Virus record (IMG/VR): IMGVR_UViG_3300036832_000189
Location: 1 to 62,247 of that record
Length of the DNA: 62,247 nucleotides
Origin: a virus
Lineage: Duplodnaviria; Caudoviricetes
Strand: one strand, 5' to 3'
Under the pieces are notes generated by a model, which made no database searches, was not told the DNA's origin, and worked only from the letters and a program-made list of their open reading frames with translations. The translations under genes and the position numbers were made by a program. Within the stretch, counting starts at the first letter, position 1. Every line of letters starts with the position of its first letter. Shown here piece by piece: positions 17,877-25,516 of the stretch.

Positions 17877-18223
17877 AGAAGTAACTCCTCATTCTCGACC
17901 GTTACTAGCTCACGAAACGACGAATCCCACCACTTGCGGGTGGGACGTCCACAGGGCATATGTGTGATCCAGCCATTTTCCCAGTGATATGCGTATTCGT
18001 GCTTGGAATCTGCTGGGAACTCGCAGTTGGTTGACGTGTCGGTCGGACAGAAATCTCCGGGAACCTCTATCCGACCCACAGTCCTCCCGTCCTGCGTTGT
18101 TACTATGTAATACTCATCGGCTGGTGCAACTCGTGATGTTTTCCGTGTGTCTAGCGGTTCAGGCTTCGCGGCGTGAACCTCGTTCACGTCTGCGGTCGTG
18201 AGTTGTGAGAGCAAATCGCTCAT
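17870..18223 (-). CDS. Hypothetical protein
   Basis: AGGAG RBS. Confidence 0.65.
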   Translation of the reverse strand: MSDLLSQLTTADVNEVHAAKPEPLDTRKTSRVAPADEYYIVTTQDGRTVGRIEVPGDFCPTDTSTNCEFPADSKHEYAYHWENGWITHMPCGRPTRKWWDSSFRELVTVENEELLLW

Positions 18224-18385
18224 GTAACTCCTAGTTCGGTGGGCGGTGAACCCCGCCTATGTTTCGGTGATAGAGGTAGGTGGTGCAGGCTCTTCCGACC
18301 CCTACGTGGTGAGCCTGCACCACCCGTCTGCGCTCCCCGCGTCACCGTCGCGGAAAGATCAGCCTATCAAACTACGCGCGTGAAG
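18224..18385 (-). ncRNA. Candidate structured intergenic RNA (multi-stem)
   Basis: 14-bp perfect stem GGTGGTGCAGGCTC/GAGCCTGCACCACC plus 3 further stems. Confidence 0.35.
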
Positions 18386-18658
18386 TCAACCCCCCTTATG
18401 TAAATGCCGGCGGTGTCGAGACAGGAAACGCGCCCTGTCTGTGGTGAACGTCACCGACCGCATAATCCACGGGTCGATTGGTACAGGGTCTTCGCGTGTG
18501 TACTGGAGACCATACTCAGTTACGAGCTGGTCGGAGAATCCCATTGCACGCCAACATGCAGCGTGGTTGACGTTCCTCCGAGGGCCATAGCAATACGCAC
18601 ACCGACCCCATACGGGTCTGTTGATTGGTTTTGCATAGCGGAGTGTGGGTAGTCTCAT
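18386..18658 (-). CDS. Hypothetical CxxC...HxxC protein
   Basis: CAYC...HAAC; coupled to upstream stop. Confidence 0.55.
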   Translation of the reverse strand: MRLPTLRYAKPINRPVWGRCAYCYGPRRNVNHAACWRAMGFSDQLVTEYGLQYTREDPVPIDPWIMRSVTFTTDRARFLSRHRRHLHKGG

Positions 18659-18765
18659 TACCCACTCGTTCTGAGCAGGAGAAGTGGAAGGATGACGAAC
18701 ACGATGATGAACACGATGAACGCCACGATGAGCCAACCGGCTAGTCTATTCAGCATGTTGACCAT
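18658..18765 (-). CDS. Single-TM microprotein
   Basis: WLIVAFIVFIIVFVILPLLLL. Confidence 0.55.
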   Translation of the reverse strand: MVNMLNRLAGWLIVAFIVFIIVFVILPLLLLRTSG

Positions 18766-18767
18766 TC

Positions 18768-19337
18768 CTACCATCCCGAGTTCTCGAACTGGGTGAAGCA
18801 TGGGAACTTGCTGTCTCCTGGGTACGTGTAGATAGCTCCATTGCCTCGAATCTGGATACGACCACTCATGTTCCAGTTCGCAGCTCCACCGCTTGACACG
18901 AGGTAGATATTCGCCAGAGCACACGAGTTACGTCGTACGTTCTGGTATCCAGGCGGATAGCCGAGTGTCACATAGCGGTTCTGACTTGAAAAGTCAGGCC
19001 AGTGTCCAAGGCTAGGAACAACGGTGAACGAGCCATGTACGATGTAGTGGCCGGTGTAACACCCCCACGTGTCGTTCTTGACCCATGCGACTCTCGAGCC
19101 GATGCCAACGACGTTCAGTGTTTCTTCTACCCACTCGTGGACACAGTGTGAACCACGAGCTGCAGCCTCGACAACAGAACCACGTTTTGCGAGGTATGCC
19201 TTCTGCTGTGCCGGGGTGAGTACCCCACCACCGCGCGTGTAACTAAATGTGGCCTTGAGTGGTGCAGATGACCCTGCTGCTGCTGCCGCTGGTATAACCA
19301 GTGCCGCCGCTGCAAGGATTGGGATTGCTCTTTTCAC
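18768..19337 (-). CDS. Secreted hypothetical protein
   Basis: GTG start with GGGAG RBS; signal peptide MKRAIPILAAAALVIPAAAAA; four Cys. Confidence 0.7.
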   Translation of the reverse strand: MKRAIPILAAAALVIPAAAAAGSSAPLKATFSYTRGGGVLTPAQQKAYLAKRGSVVEAAARGSHCVHEWVEETLNVVGIGSRVAWVKNDTWGCYTGHYIVHGSFTVVPSLGHWPDFSSQNRYVTLGYPPGYQNVRRNSCALANIYLVSSGGAANWNMSGRIQIRGNGAIYTYPGDSKFPCFTQFENSGW

Positions 19338-19729
19338 GTTTGTCGCTCCCTGATGAGATGTTCCCATTCGCGCTGGAGATGATCCCACTCGTTCTCTTCG
19401 GCCCGAATGGGGATCTCCTTTTTGGTGGTGAACCCCAACTCACGGGCCTTTTCCAGGCCATATGTGTTCTCGAAGTAGCTCCAACCGTCCTGCTCGTTGT
19501 TGTCGAACACCTGCCCACAGACACAGGCAGAGCCTATGCGAATGTCGAAGTAGTCCAGGTTGATTGAGTCTGCCCAACCCGGCTCGTTCTCGTCCAACCA
19601 TTCTGCACCCTTCTGGGGTGCAGAGATTTCCACGATGGTGGATGCGAGCTGCATCTCGATCTCTCGATTCAGACGGATTGCCTCTTTCATCTGCTCGAGA
19701 GTTTTTGCAGGCTTCTCAATGACGCTCAT
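19334..19729 (-). CDS. Hypothetical phage protein (GAxWLD...PGW...CVCGQ)
   Basis: AAGGAG RBS; motif familiar from phage proteins. Confidence 0.65.
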   Translation of the reverse strand: MSVIEKPAKTLEQMKEAIRLNREIEMQLASTIVEISAPQKGAEWLDENEPGWADSINLDYFDIRIGSACVCGQVFDNNEQDGWSYFENTYGLEKARELGFTTKKEIPIRAEENEWDHLQREWEHLIRERQT

Positions 19730-19742
19730 TTTGTACTCCTTG

Positions 19743-20252
19743 TTAGACACCACATGCAGGGCCAGATACAGGCCACTGCGAATCATATGATGCGTGTAGG
19801 TTGTTCACTAAGTATTCGGCTGTTGCGATCTGCTCGTCCGGCGTGGCAAGATCAGCCCGCGCCGCGTATTGCAGACCACCAGCGGCTTCCCACGTTGACT
19901 GTGAGAACTGCAAGCCACCGTAGTAGCCATTGCCCGTGTCAGCGTTCCAGTCGCCCTCCTTACCGTGAATGCAGATGAAGATTGCATACTGCGATCCACT
20001 GGATGTTGGTACAGGGGTTGGTGCCGGTGCTATAGGTGCCGGCAGAGGTATCACCGCCGCTGCACGCTTACGTGCGGCACGTTGACGGTGCAGCTTACGG
20101 ATTTCATGGTACCGTAGCAAGAACTCGTTGCTGTGTCCATGTAATCCATCGGCGTCGTGCGTGATGCTAACTACTGGTTGAGATGGTGCTGCGTGTGCTG
20201 TCGATAGAGTTGTGGTCAGGAACAGTAGCGTAGTGACCGTGGCTACCTTGAT
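19743..20252 (-). CDS. rpf: Secreted resuscitation-promoting factor (Rpf) lytic transglycosylase; proposed ATC start
   Basis: KEGDWNADTGNGYYGGLQFSQSTW...ADLATPDEQIA...WP; in-frame signal peptide ending AHA; start codon uncertain. Confidence 0.88.
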   Translation of the reverse strand: MKVATVTTLLFLTTTLSTAHAAPSQPVVSITHDADGLHGHSNEFLLRYHEIRKLHRQRAARKRAAAVIPLPAPIAPAPTPVPTSSGSQYAIFICIHGKEGDWNADTGNGYYGGLQFSQSTWEAAGGLQYAARADLATPDEQIATAEYLVNNLHASYDSQWPVSGPACGV

Positions 20253-20256
20253 ACAT

Positions 20257-20490
20257 AGACCTCCTCAATTGTTTCGCCCCGTCAGTTGCGAGGCTCCGTA
20301 GGTGAACGTGCCCGTTTGTTGGCGTTGCCAACACCAACACTTTGTAGTTGTCAACAACACTTTGACGGCGACGGGGAGCTGCGATCTGATTTCGGTGCCC
20401 ACACGAAAACACCTACTTTCACCGCGCTCTCCCGTCGCCTCTGCCCGCGTTGAGTGGTCGCGGGCATTTTATATGGTGTAACCAAAACTC
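20257..20490 (-). promoter_or_regulatory. Structured 5' leader of rpf
   Basis: About 230 nt without a credible gene; long hairpin 20367-20439 and three smaller ones. Confidence 0.45.
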
Positions 20491-20491
20491 A

Positions 20492-20524
20492 GAGCCCCCT
20501 GTGCCATGTTGACACAGGGGGCTC
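20492..20524 (-). terminator. Hairpin/terminator related to the early-region hairpin family
   Basis: GAGCCCCCTGTG...CACAGGGGGCTC followed by TGAGTTTT on the minus strand. Confidence 0.6.
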
Positions 20525-20531
20525 ATGGAGG

Positions 20532-20936
20532 CTATGCCTCGACAGGTTCCGCTTCGGCCTCTGCCTCGGCCTCTTCTGTCTCGGCCTCTGGAGCGAGATC
20601 CGTGTTCACCAGGAACACCTCACGCCGTGACTTGTTGCTCTTGGTGATAACCGGGTACAGTTCTGCTGTACCGGCCTCGGCAGCGTCACGGTTGTTTCGC
20701 AGGACGGTGGAAAGTCCTGCAGTTGCCGCCGAGAACGTCGGGTCGCTGTTGTCGTCCAAGTTGGAGAACTTCATGTATGGCTGACCCTGAGCGATGAAAT
20801 GCTCCACGACCATACGCCACTTGGACTCCTTCGGGCCACCACCCTTTTTGAGCGTGGTGACTTCTTGTGCGTCCGCATCCATCAGTAGACTGATGAGAGC
20901 GTCGGCCTCTGTCTGCGTATTTGTGCCCTTCGGCAT
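20532..20936 (-). CDS. Hypothetical protein with acidic tail
   Basis: AAGGAG RBS. Confidence 0.7.
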   Translation of the reverse strand: MPKGTNTQTEADALISLLMDADAQEVTTLKKGGGPKESKWRMVVEHFIAQGQPYMKFSNLDDNSDPTFSAATAGLSTVLRNNRDAAEAGTAELYPVITKSNKSRREVFLVNTDLAPEAETEEAEAEAEAEPVEA

Positions 20937-20937
20937 A

Positions 20938-21444
20938 TTACTCCTTGTTGTCGTTGTCTTTCAGTGAATCTTCTACAACGGTGATGCGTTCATCTAAAGC
21001 ATTGAGTTGACCTTGCAACTCACCTATGGCCCTGACTACATTCATACCTCCTAGTTGTTCACCGATATCCTTGACCCGAGACTGGACGAGCTTGATAGCC
21101 GTGTCCGTGCTCGTGTCAGCCACTAGACTATCAGGATCGGCGTCCCGGATCAAGTCCTCGGTCGGACGTTGTATGAGATGCCACACGCTGTCACTATAGC
21201 GTGCCCCACGACTCACTTGCACGATACATTCTGTGGCCAGCAAGTACCGACGCAGTTTGGCGTAGTAGGGCTGCGGTAGCGGCGGACGTAGTTCCAAGAA
21301 CACTTTGGTGACGTGTCCACGGAACACCACTACGCCCTGGTCATCTGTTGTAGCTGCATCATGCAACGCATCATAGAAGCGTTGCAAGTTGACCAAGAGC
21401 GTTGGCATCTGGGACAGGCTATCAACTTTTTCGGTACCTGTCAA
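20938..21444 (-). CDS. Hypothetical protein with C-terminal coiled coil
   Basis: ORF packing; heptad-like C-terminus. Confidence 0.65.
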   Translation of the reverse strand: MTGTEKVDSLSQMPTLLVNLQRFYDALHDAATTDDQGVVVFRGHVTKVFLELRPPLPQPYYAKLRRYLLATECIVQVSRGARYSDSVWHLIQRPTEDLIRDADPDSLVADTSTDTAIKLVQSRVKDIGEQLGGMNVVRAIGELQGQLNALDERITVVEDSLKDNDNKE

Positions 21445-21507
21445 GATGCCCCCGACCCCTGTGGGGGGTTGATCTGGATAGTGACAGCTTGCATTTCTTG
21501 CTTTGTA

Positions 21508-21786
21508 CTAGCGTTGCACGGCGTACTTGGAGACGATATCCTCGTCTATTTTCCACGTTCGACCATACACCAAGAAGTTGCCCCCTGATTCTGACCGCAG
21601 AAGCGTATGACCCTTCTTGTTGATGGTGTTCACGAGGTTGTCTTTCTGCTTGCCACTCACTTTCCGTGATCGGCCTTTGTTCGGTTGTCCTACACGCCAC
21701 ACCTGCTCGTCAGTTTTTCCTCTGCGAGTTACTGACTGCAGTTCGATGACGTAGTCATGTGTCTCGATTCGGATGATCTGCCCCAT
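21508..21786 (-). CDS. Hypothetical basic protein
   Basis: GGAGG RBS before ATG 21786. Confidence 0.55.
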   Translation of the reverse strand: MGQIIRIETHDYVIELQSVTRRGKTDEQVWRVGQPNKGRSRKVSGKQKDNLVNTINKKGHTLLRSESGGNFLVYGRTWKIDEDIVSKYAVQR

Positions 21787-22048
21787 TGCCCTCCGGTGGA
21801 ATAATGCAACTTGCGAGTGCATCTGATACGACGATCAGAAGCGGTGTCATTATGTAGTCATCGCCCTCCTGTGAGACAGTGACGATAACGTCCACAGGTA
21901 TTGTCAGCTTCTTGCTGACCCGGAACGCTGTCGCCATGATTGCAAGGTTCGCGTAGTCATCGAGCCCGAGGTTCATAAATACCTCTCGAGCGTGTTGGGA
22001 GATTACGTGGTTTGCAACCTCTAGTTCTTTCTTCGTCGGCTTAGACAT
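21755..22048 (-). CDS. Hypothetical protein
   Basis: Start overlaps upstream stop. Confidence 0.55.
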   Translation of the reverse strand: MSKPTKKELEVANHVISQHAREVFMNLGLDDYANLAIMATAFRVSKKLTIPVDVIVTVSQEGDDYIMTPLLIVVSDALASCIIPPEGNGADHPNRDT

Positions 22049-23168
22049 ATGAAGATGGTGCAACATATGTCGTCTGATAGGGCAGGTACGCCGGCAGTGT
22101 GGGATACCACTGCAACACATGTTGCATTTTGTTGGCCTTGGTCTCTTTTTCGGGTCTTGGTACTGTCTGACCGCCCATGAGTTGAGTACCATACGGCAGA
22201 TGTAACCGCTCAACGCCAAAAACATCTTCATCCACTGTGGGCTTGCTGTAGCGGAACAGTGGAGCTACACGATCCCACTGCTGCGCATAGTTGCTACCAC
22301 CTTGACCCCAACCACCTGACGAGTGGTAGGTTTCTGGATAGTTCTCCGCGTGGAGGATGAATCCATCAGGCATGAGCTCTGCCAGGAGTGTTGAACCGTG
22401 GTACAGGTCTACGCGGTGTTCATTTCTCGCGACGAGATATGTATCTCTCATCGTCGCTCTGTAGCTGAGATGTTCGCCCCACCTGGAGAGTGGTTGTGTG
22501 CCTTTCCCGGCCATCGCGTAGTTGTACCACGTCTGGAACGTGCCATCACGGAGCAGCCGACCATGCCAGTATCTTTCCGGTCGTGGCATAGGTGTTGGTA
22601 GTATGCCGGCCCTGAGGGCAGCCTGTGCTTCTTCATGCACACGTTTGTTGTATTTTGCCCTGAGTACGTTCGTAATAGCTGCTGCTTTGCGCTGATTGAA
22701 CTCCCTGACGAACCAGGGATGTTCTGGGCCGTGGACTGGCACGTTGTAACGTGCAGCCAACGCATCACGGACATCCTTGTGGTGAGTTGGTGCGTACAGC
22801 TCAAGGATGGTCACGTCATGCGCACGCACGCCTGTGTCTCCACGCAGGAAGTTACGTGCAGATACCTTCGCGGTGATGCCCTGTGCGCTCAGGAAGTTCC
22901 AGATGCCGGGCTCTTCTGTTACCGCGTAAATGCCACAGTTGCAGTTAGCTTTTGGTGCCTCATGCTCTGGTGGATACAGGGTGGGATCACGCCTGTTTTT
23001 CATACACACAGCCTCAAGTGTTGCTGCATCCCATTCCTGGCCGTATGCGCCCTTGAGCTTCAGTATTGGTGGCACGTCATCCGTGTGAAGGAGATTGTAC
23101 GAGCGCCAACCGACGAACTCGTTCTCGGTGTCAAGTACAGCGTCGTGTGGTACGCCTACCGTACACAT
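22041..23168 (-). CDS. Uncharacterised protein (GWR...HEAPxxxCxCGIYA...GxRA family)
   Basis: GGAGGAG RBS; motif set shared with 25513-26151. Confidence 0.7.
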   Translation of the reverse strand: MCTVGVPHDAVLDTENEFVGWRSYNLLHTDDVPPILKLKGAYGQEWDAATLEAVCMKNRRDPTLYPPEHEAPKANCNCGIYAVTEEPGIWNFLSAQGITAKVSARNFLRGDTGVRAHDVTILELYAPTHHKDVRDALAARYNVPVHGPEHPWFVREFNQRKAAAITNVLRAKYNKRVHEEAQAALRAGILPTPMPRPERYWHGRLLRDGTFQTWYNYAMAGKGTQPLSRWGEHLSYRATMRDTYLVARNEHRVDLYHGSTLLAELMPDGFILHAENYPETYHSSGGWGQGGSNYAQQWDRVAPLFRYSKPTVDEDVFGVERLHLPYGTQLMGGQTVPRPEKETKANKMQHVLQWYPTLPAYLPYQTTYVAPSSYV

Positions 23169-23169
23169 T

Positions 23170-23421
23170 CTATTTGACTCCTCCCCGAACTCGCACAACC
23201 TCAATCTGCGAGTATTCCTTGCTGAGTTTGATGTAGCCCTTGTTGTTGAGCCGTGTGCCAGGCTTCATCTCGAATGTGGCTGCGACGACGTAGGCCATCG
23301 AGTCGCTTATGTCGAACGCGTAATCCTCTTCGGCCATGTCGTCGTCATCCACCTCGAGAATCATACATCCCTCAAGTGATGTCCACGTCTCACGATCATT
23401 CAACACCATTATAAGTGCCAT
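23170..23421 (-). CDS. Hypothetical acidic protein
   Basis: GGGAG RBS, coupled start. Confidence 0.6.
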   Translation of the reverse strand: MALIMVLNDRETWTSLEGCMILEVDDDDMAEEDYAFDISDSMAYVVAATFEMKPGTRLNNKGYIKLSKEYSQIEVVRVRGGVK

Positions 23422-23618
23422 TATGGTGTCTCTCCCTTCTTCTTGCGTCCTACAACGTCTCCACGAATTGCCCACCATGAATACGTGTGTACATGGACTT
23501 TGTTGATGTGTTTGTTGAGTCTTTTGGACGTTGTAAACTCTTTCTGGCAGTAGTAGCAAAACGTGCCAATGTCCTCGAACGGCCCGTTTGGTCTGGGGTC
23601 GTGCGCCGCGACAGTCAT
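23421..23618 (-). CDS. Classical C2H2 zinc-finger protein
   Basis: CYYC-QKE-F-TTSKR-L-NK-H-INKV-H. Confidence 0.7.
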   Translation of the reverse strand: MTVAAHDPRPNGPFEDIGTFCYYCQKEFTTSKRLNKHINKVHVHTYSWWAIRGDVVGRKKKGETP

Positions 23619-23875
23619 TCTGGGAGTGGTTCCTGTGCTGCAGCGTTGTTCTCGACCCTATTCACAAACAGGGCCTCTTCGGCGTTTTGCCGGCGCTTAC
23701 GCAAGCAAGAGCTGCACGTGTCGAACGTGTGGGCATGTGCTTGCTCCGCTGTTTGGCTAGCCGGGTAGCTCGCCATTGTGAATACAAACCGCTGTGACGG
23801 TTGCTCAAAGCGGTTGCCTTTCGGCTTGTCTATGATTTCCTTGTCGCAGAAATCACACGTGTACTTGATAGCCAT
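23615..23875 (-). CDS. CxxC...CxxC small protein
   Basis: YTCDFC...DTCSSC; GGAGG RBS. Confidence 0.7.
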   Translation of the reverse strand: MAIKYTCDFCDKEIIDKPKGNRFEQPSQRFVFTMASYPASQTAEQAHAHTFDTCSSCLRKRRQNAEEALFVNRVENNAAAQEPLPE

Positions 23876-23890
23876 GTTACCTCCGTGTTG

Positions 23891-24250
23891 TTACGACTTG
23901 TACGAGCGGTATGCATGCAACACGTCACCAGGCTGGAGTATGAATACCTCGAGGTCCTGGCAGTCTACGAACGTGTAGCTGTGTTTGAGCTTATAGCTGC
24001 CGTCGTTGAGTGGTGTCATGGCGAGAGTTCCGTAGCTCATCACCTTCCACACGTCACTCGGCGCGATGAAGTGGCCGGTGTACGTTTTGTCGTCAACGAC
24101 CTCTGTTTGGACTGGTGGCTCTGTGTTGTCCTCGAATGGGCCTTTACCGCTATCCCATGCGGCAGCACACACCATTGCAACAACGTGGAAACCACCCCAT
24201 TCGAGGGTGAGTGGCTTGCCGTCACGGATTATCTCTGTGTTGAGGGGCAT
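23891..24250 (-). CDS. Hypothetical protein
   Basis: GAGG RBS, coupled start. Confidence 0.6.
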   Translation of the reverse strand: MPLNTEIIRDGKPLTLEWGGFHVVAMVCAAAWDSGKGPFEDNTEPPVQTEVVDDKTYTGHFIAPSDVWKVMSYGTLAMTPLNDGSYKLKHSYTFVDCQDLEVFILQPGDVLHAYRSYKS

Positions 24251-24432
24251 TATTTACCTCTGTATTTGCGCATGTGTGGGAATGGGCCGAAGATGCTTTC
24301 CATCATCTGGCGCATTGCCCTACGGTAGTAATGGCGGGTGGTTGCCGCGCCGATGGCAAATCCGACAACGAGGCCCCCTACCCACACCCCCCACAGGAGG
24401 GCGATCACGATGTAGTACAGGTCTAGGTTCAT
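24250..24432 (-). CDS. Small membrane protein
   Basis: AAAGGAG RBS; hydrophobic N-terminus. Confidence 0.65.
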   Translation of the reverse strand: MNLDLYYIVIALLWGVWVGGLVVGFAIGAATTRHYYRRAMRQMMESIFGPFPHMRKYRGK

Positions 24433-24441
24433 GGCTCCTTT

Positions 24442-24672
24442 CTAGGTGCGCCTGATTCGTGCAGCTCCAAGTGGTGGTGCGCCTGTCCTCGTGACATACG
24501 CTCGGTCACCTTCATAAAAAGCAATGATGATGGCGTGGGACTCATCCATCTCGGCAGAGATCATATCCAGAACCTCTTGCTTGGTACGTCCTTTTGGTCT
24601 GCCGTGACCAATGTTTCTCCACGTCCGGTTGGAGTTCTTGACGAACTTGTACCTGAGTGTCTGTTTGAGCAC
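24442..24672 (-). CDS. Hypothetical basic protein
   Basis: Purine-rich RBS upstream of GTG. Confidence 0.5.
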   Translation of the reverse strand: MLKQTLRYKFVKNSNRTWRNIGHGRPKGRTKQEVLDMISAEMDESHAIIIAFYEGDRAYVTRTGAPPLGAARIRRT

Positions 24673-24714
24673 TCCTTTTCCTTTTTAGTCGGGATGTTAT
24701 CGGTATGTAAAGTG

Positions 24715-24723
24715 TGGTAGTGT
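24715..24723 (+). promoter_or_regulatory. Extended -10 promoter (TGG-TAGTGT), possibly leaderless
   Basis: 6 nt upstream of ATG 24730. Confidence 0.4.
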
Positions 24724-24729
24724 TGGGGC

Positions 24730-25155
24730 ATGCGCCTTGACCGACTGAACGGGATTCTGCTTGAGCAGTGGCTTTCGGGCCTGTGTGCAGGAGATGTACG
24801 ATACGTTTCGGGTGTTATCTTCAAGCCAGGAGAAGGGAGTACGATGGGTGAAATCACCGTCAAAGACTCGGATGCACCTTTCGGTGCAACTGTGACGTTC
24901 ATGGATGCCAAGGGCGCACAGACTACACCGGATGATGTTCCACAGTGGGTATCCGACAATGAAGATGCAGCTACCGTCGAGGCTGCGGACGACGGTATGT
25001 CTGCGACTGTTACACCGGGGCTTCCGGGTGCAGCGGTCATCTCGGTGGATTCCACCGACACGGACGGCACGCAGCTCACGTCGCAGGGCACCGTTACTGT
25101 GCAGCCTGGTGAGGCTGTCATTGGTGACGTGGAGTTCCAGCCTGCTTCTGCGTAG
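24730..25155 (+). CDS. Ig-like (Big_2-type) protein on the opposite strand; internal start at 24844
   Basis: VTFMDAKG...PQWVSDNEDAATV...ATVT..PGAAVISV; AGGAGAAGGGAG before ATG 24844. Confidence 0.7.
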   Translation: MRLDRLNGILLEQWLSGLCAGDVRYVSGVIFKPGEGSTMGEITVKDSDAPFGATVTFMDAKGAQTTPDDVPQWVSDNEDAATVEAADDGMSATVTPGLPGAAVISVDSTDTDGTQLTSQGTVTVQPGEAVIGDVEFQPASA

Positions 25156-25172
25156 AGCATAAGCACAGCAAA

Positions 25173-25195
25173 GCCCCCGGCGTAAAGCCGGGGGC
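25173..25195. terminator. Terminator between convergent genes
   Basis: GCCCCCGGC-gtaaa-GCCGGGGGC. Confidence 0.7.
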
Positions 25196-25205
25196 AATGC
25201 TCTAC

Positions 25206-25394
25206 CTAGACGGCAACGCGATGTTGTCGAGTTGTTTTCTTGCCTGACCACACAAGGTTCAGGTGCTCGTACTCCAGCTCGCATGCCGAGATGGCATCCT
25301 GTTGTGTACGCGCAATCACGAGTGTGGACACAACCATGAGTCCACTCCGGAACCCCTTGACACGATACTCGGAGTAGTCAACGAGTCGTGTCAC
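25206..25394 (-). CDS. Hypothetical protein
   Basis: GTGA-coupled to upstream stop. Confidence 0.55.
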   Translation of the reverse strand: MTRLVDYSEYRVKGFRSGLMVVSTLVIARTQQDAISACELEYEHLNLVWSGKKTTRQHRVAV

Positions 25395-25516
25395 GCAGGT
25401 ACCTTTTGTGGCTCCGGCACAGGCGCGGGTGGCGCTGGCGTAGGCTCAGGTGTTTCCGCTGGTGCGGTTATAGGTTCAACGATGATGATGCGCTTCGGCT
25501 TGCCGATGTCCGTCAT
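25391..25516 (-). CDS. 41-aa Pro/Glu-rich peptide (MTDIGKPKRIIIVEPITAPAETPEP...)
   Basis: GGAGG RBS, ATGA overlap with upstream gene. Confidence 0.65.
   Translation of the reverse strand: MTDIGKPKRIIIVEPITAPAETPEPTPAPPAPVPEPQKVPA

Noticed and set aside
18260-18365. Hammerhead ribozyme (CTGAT...CGAAAC on the minus strand)
   Set aside because: Core reads CTGATCT rather than CTGANGA and the stem order does not fit.
20257-20490. ydaO/c-di-AMP riboswitch upstream of rpf
   Set aside because: Conserved ydaO segments could not be found by eye; kept only as an unknown structure.
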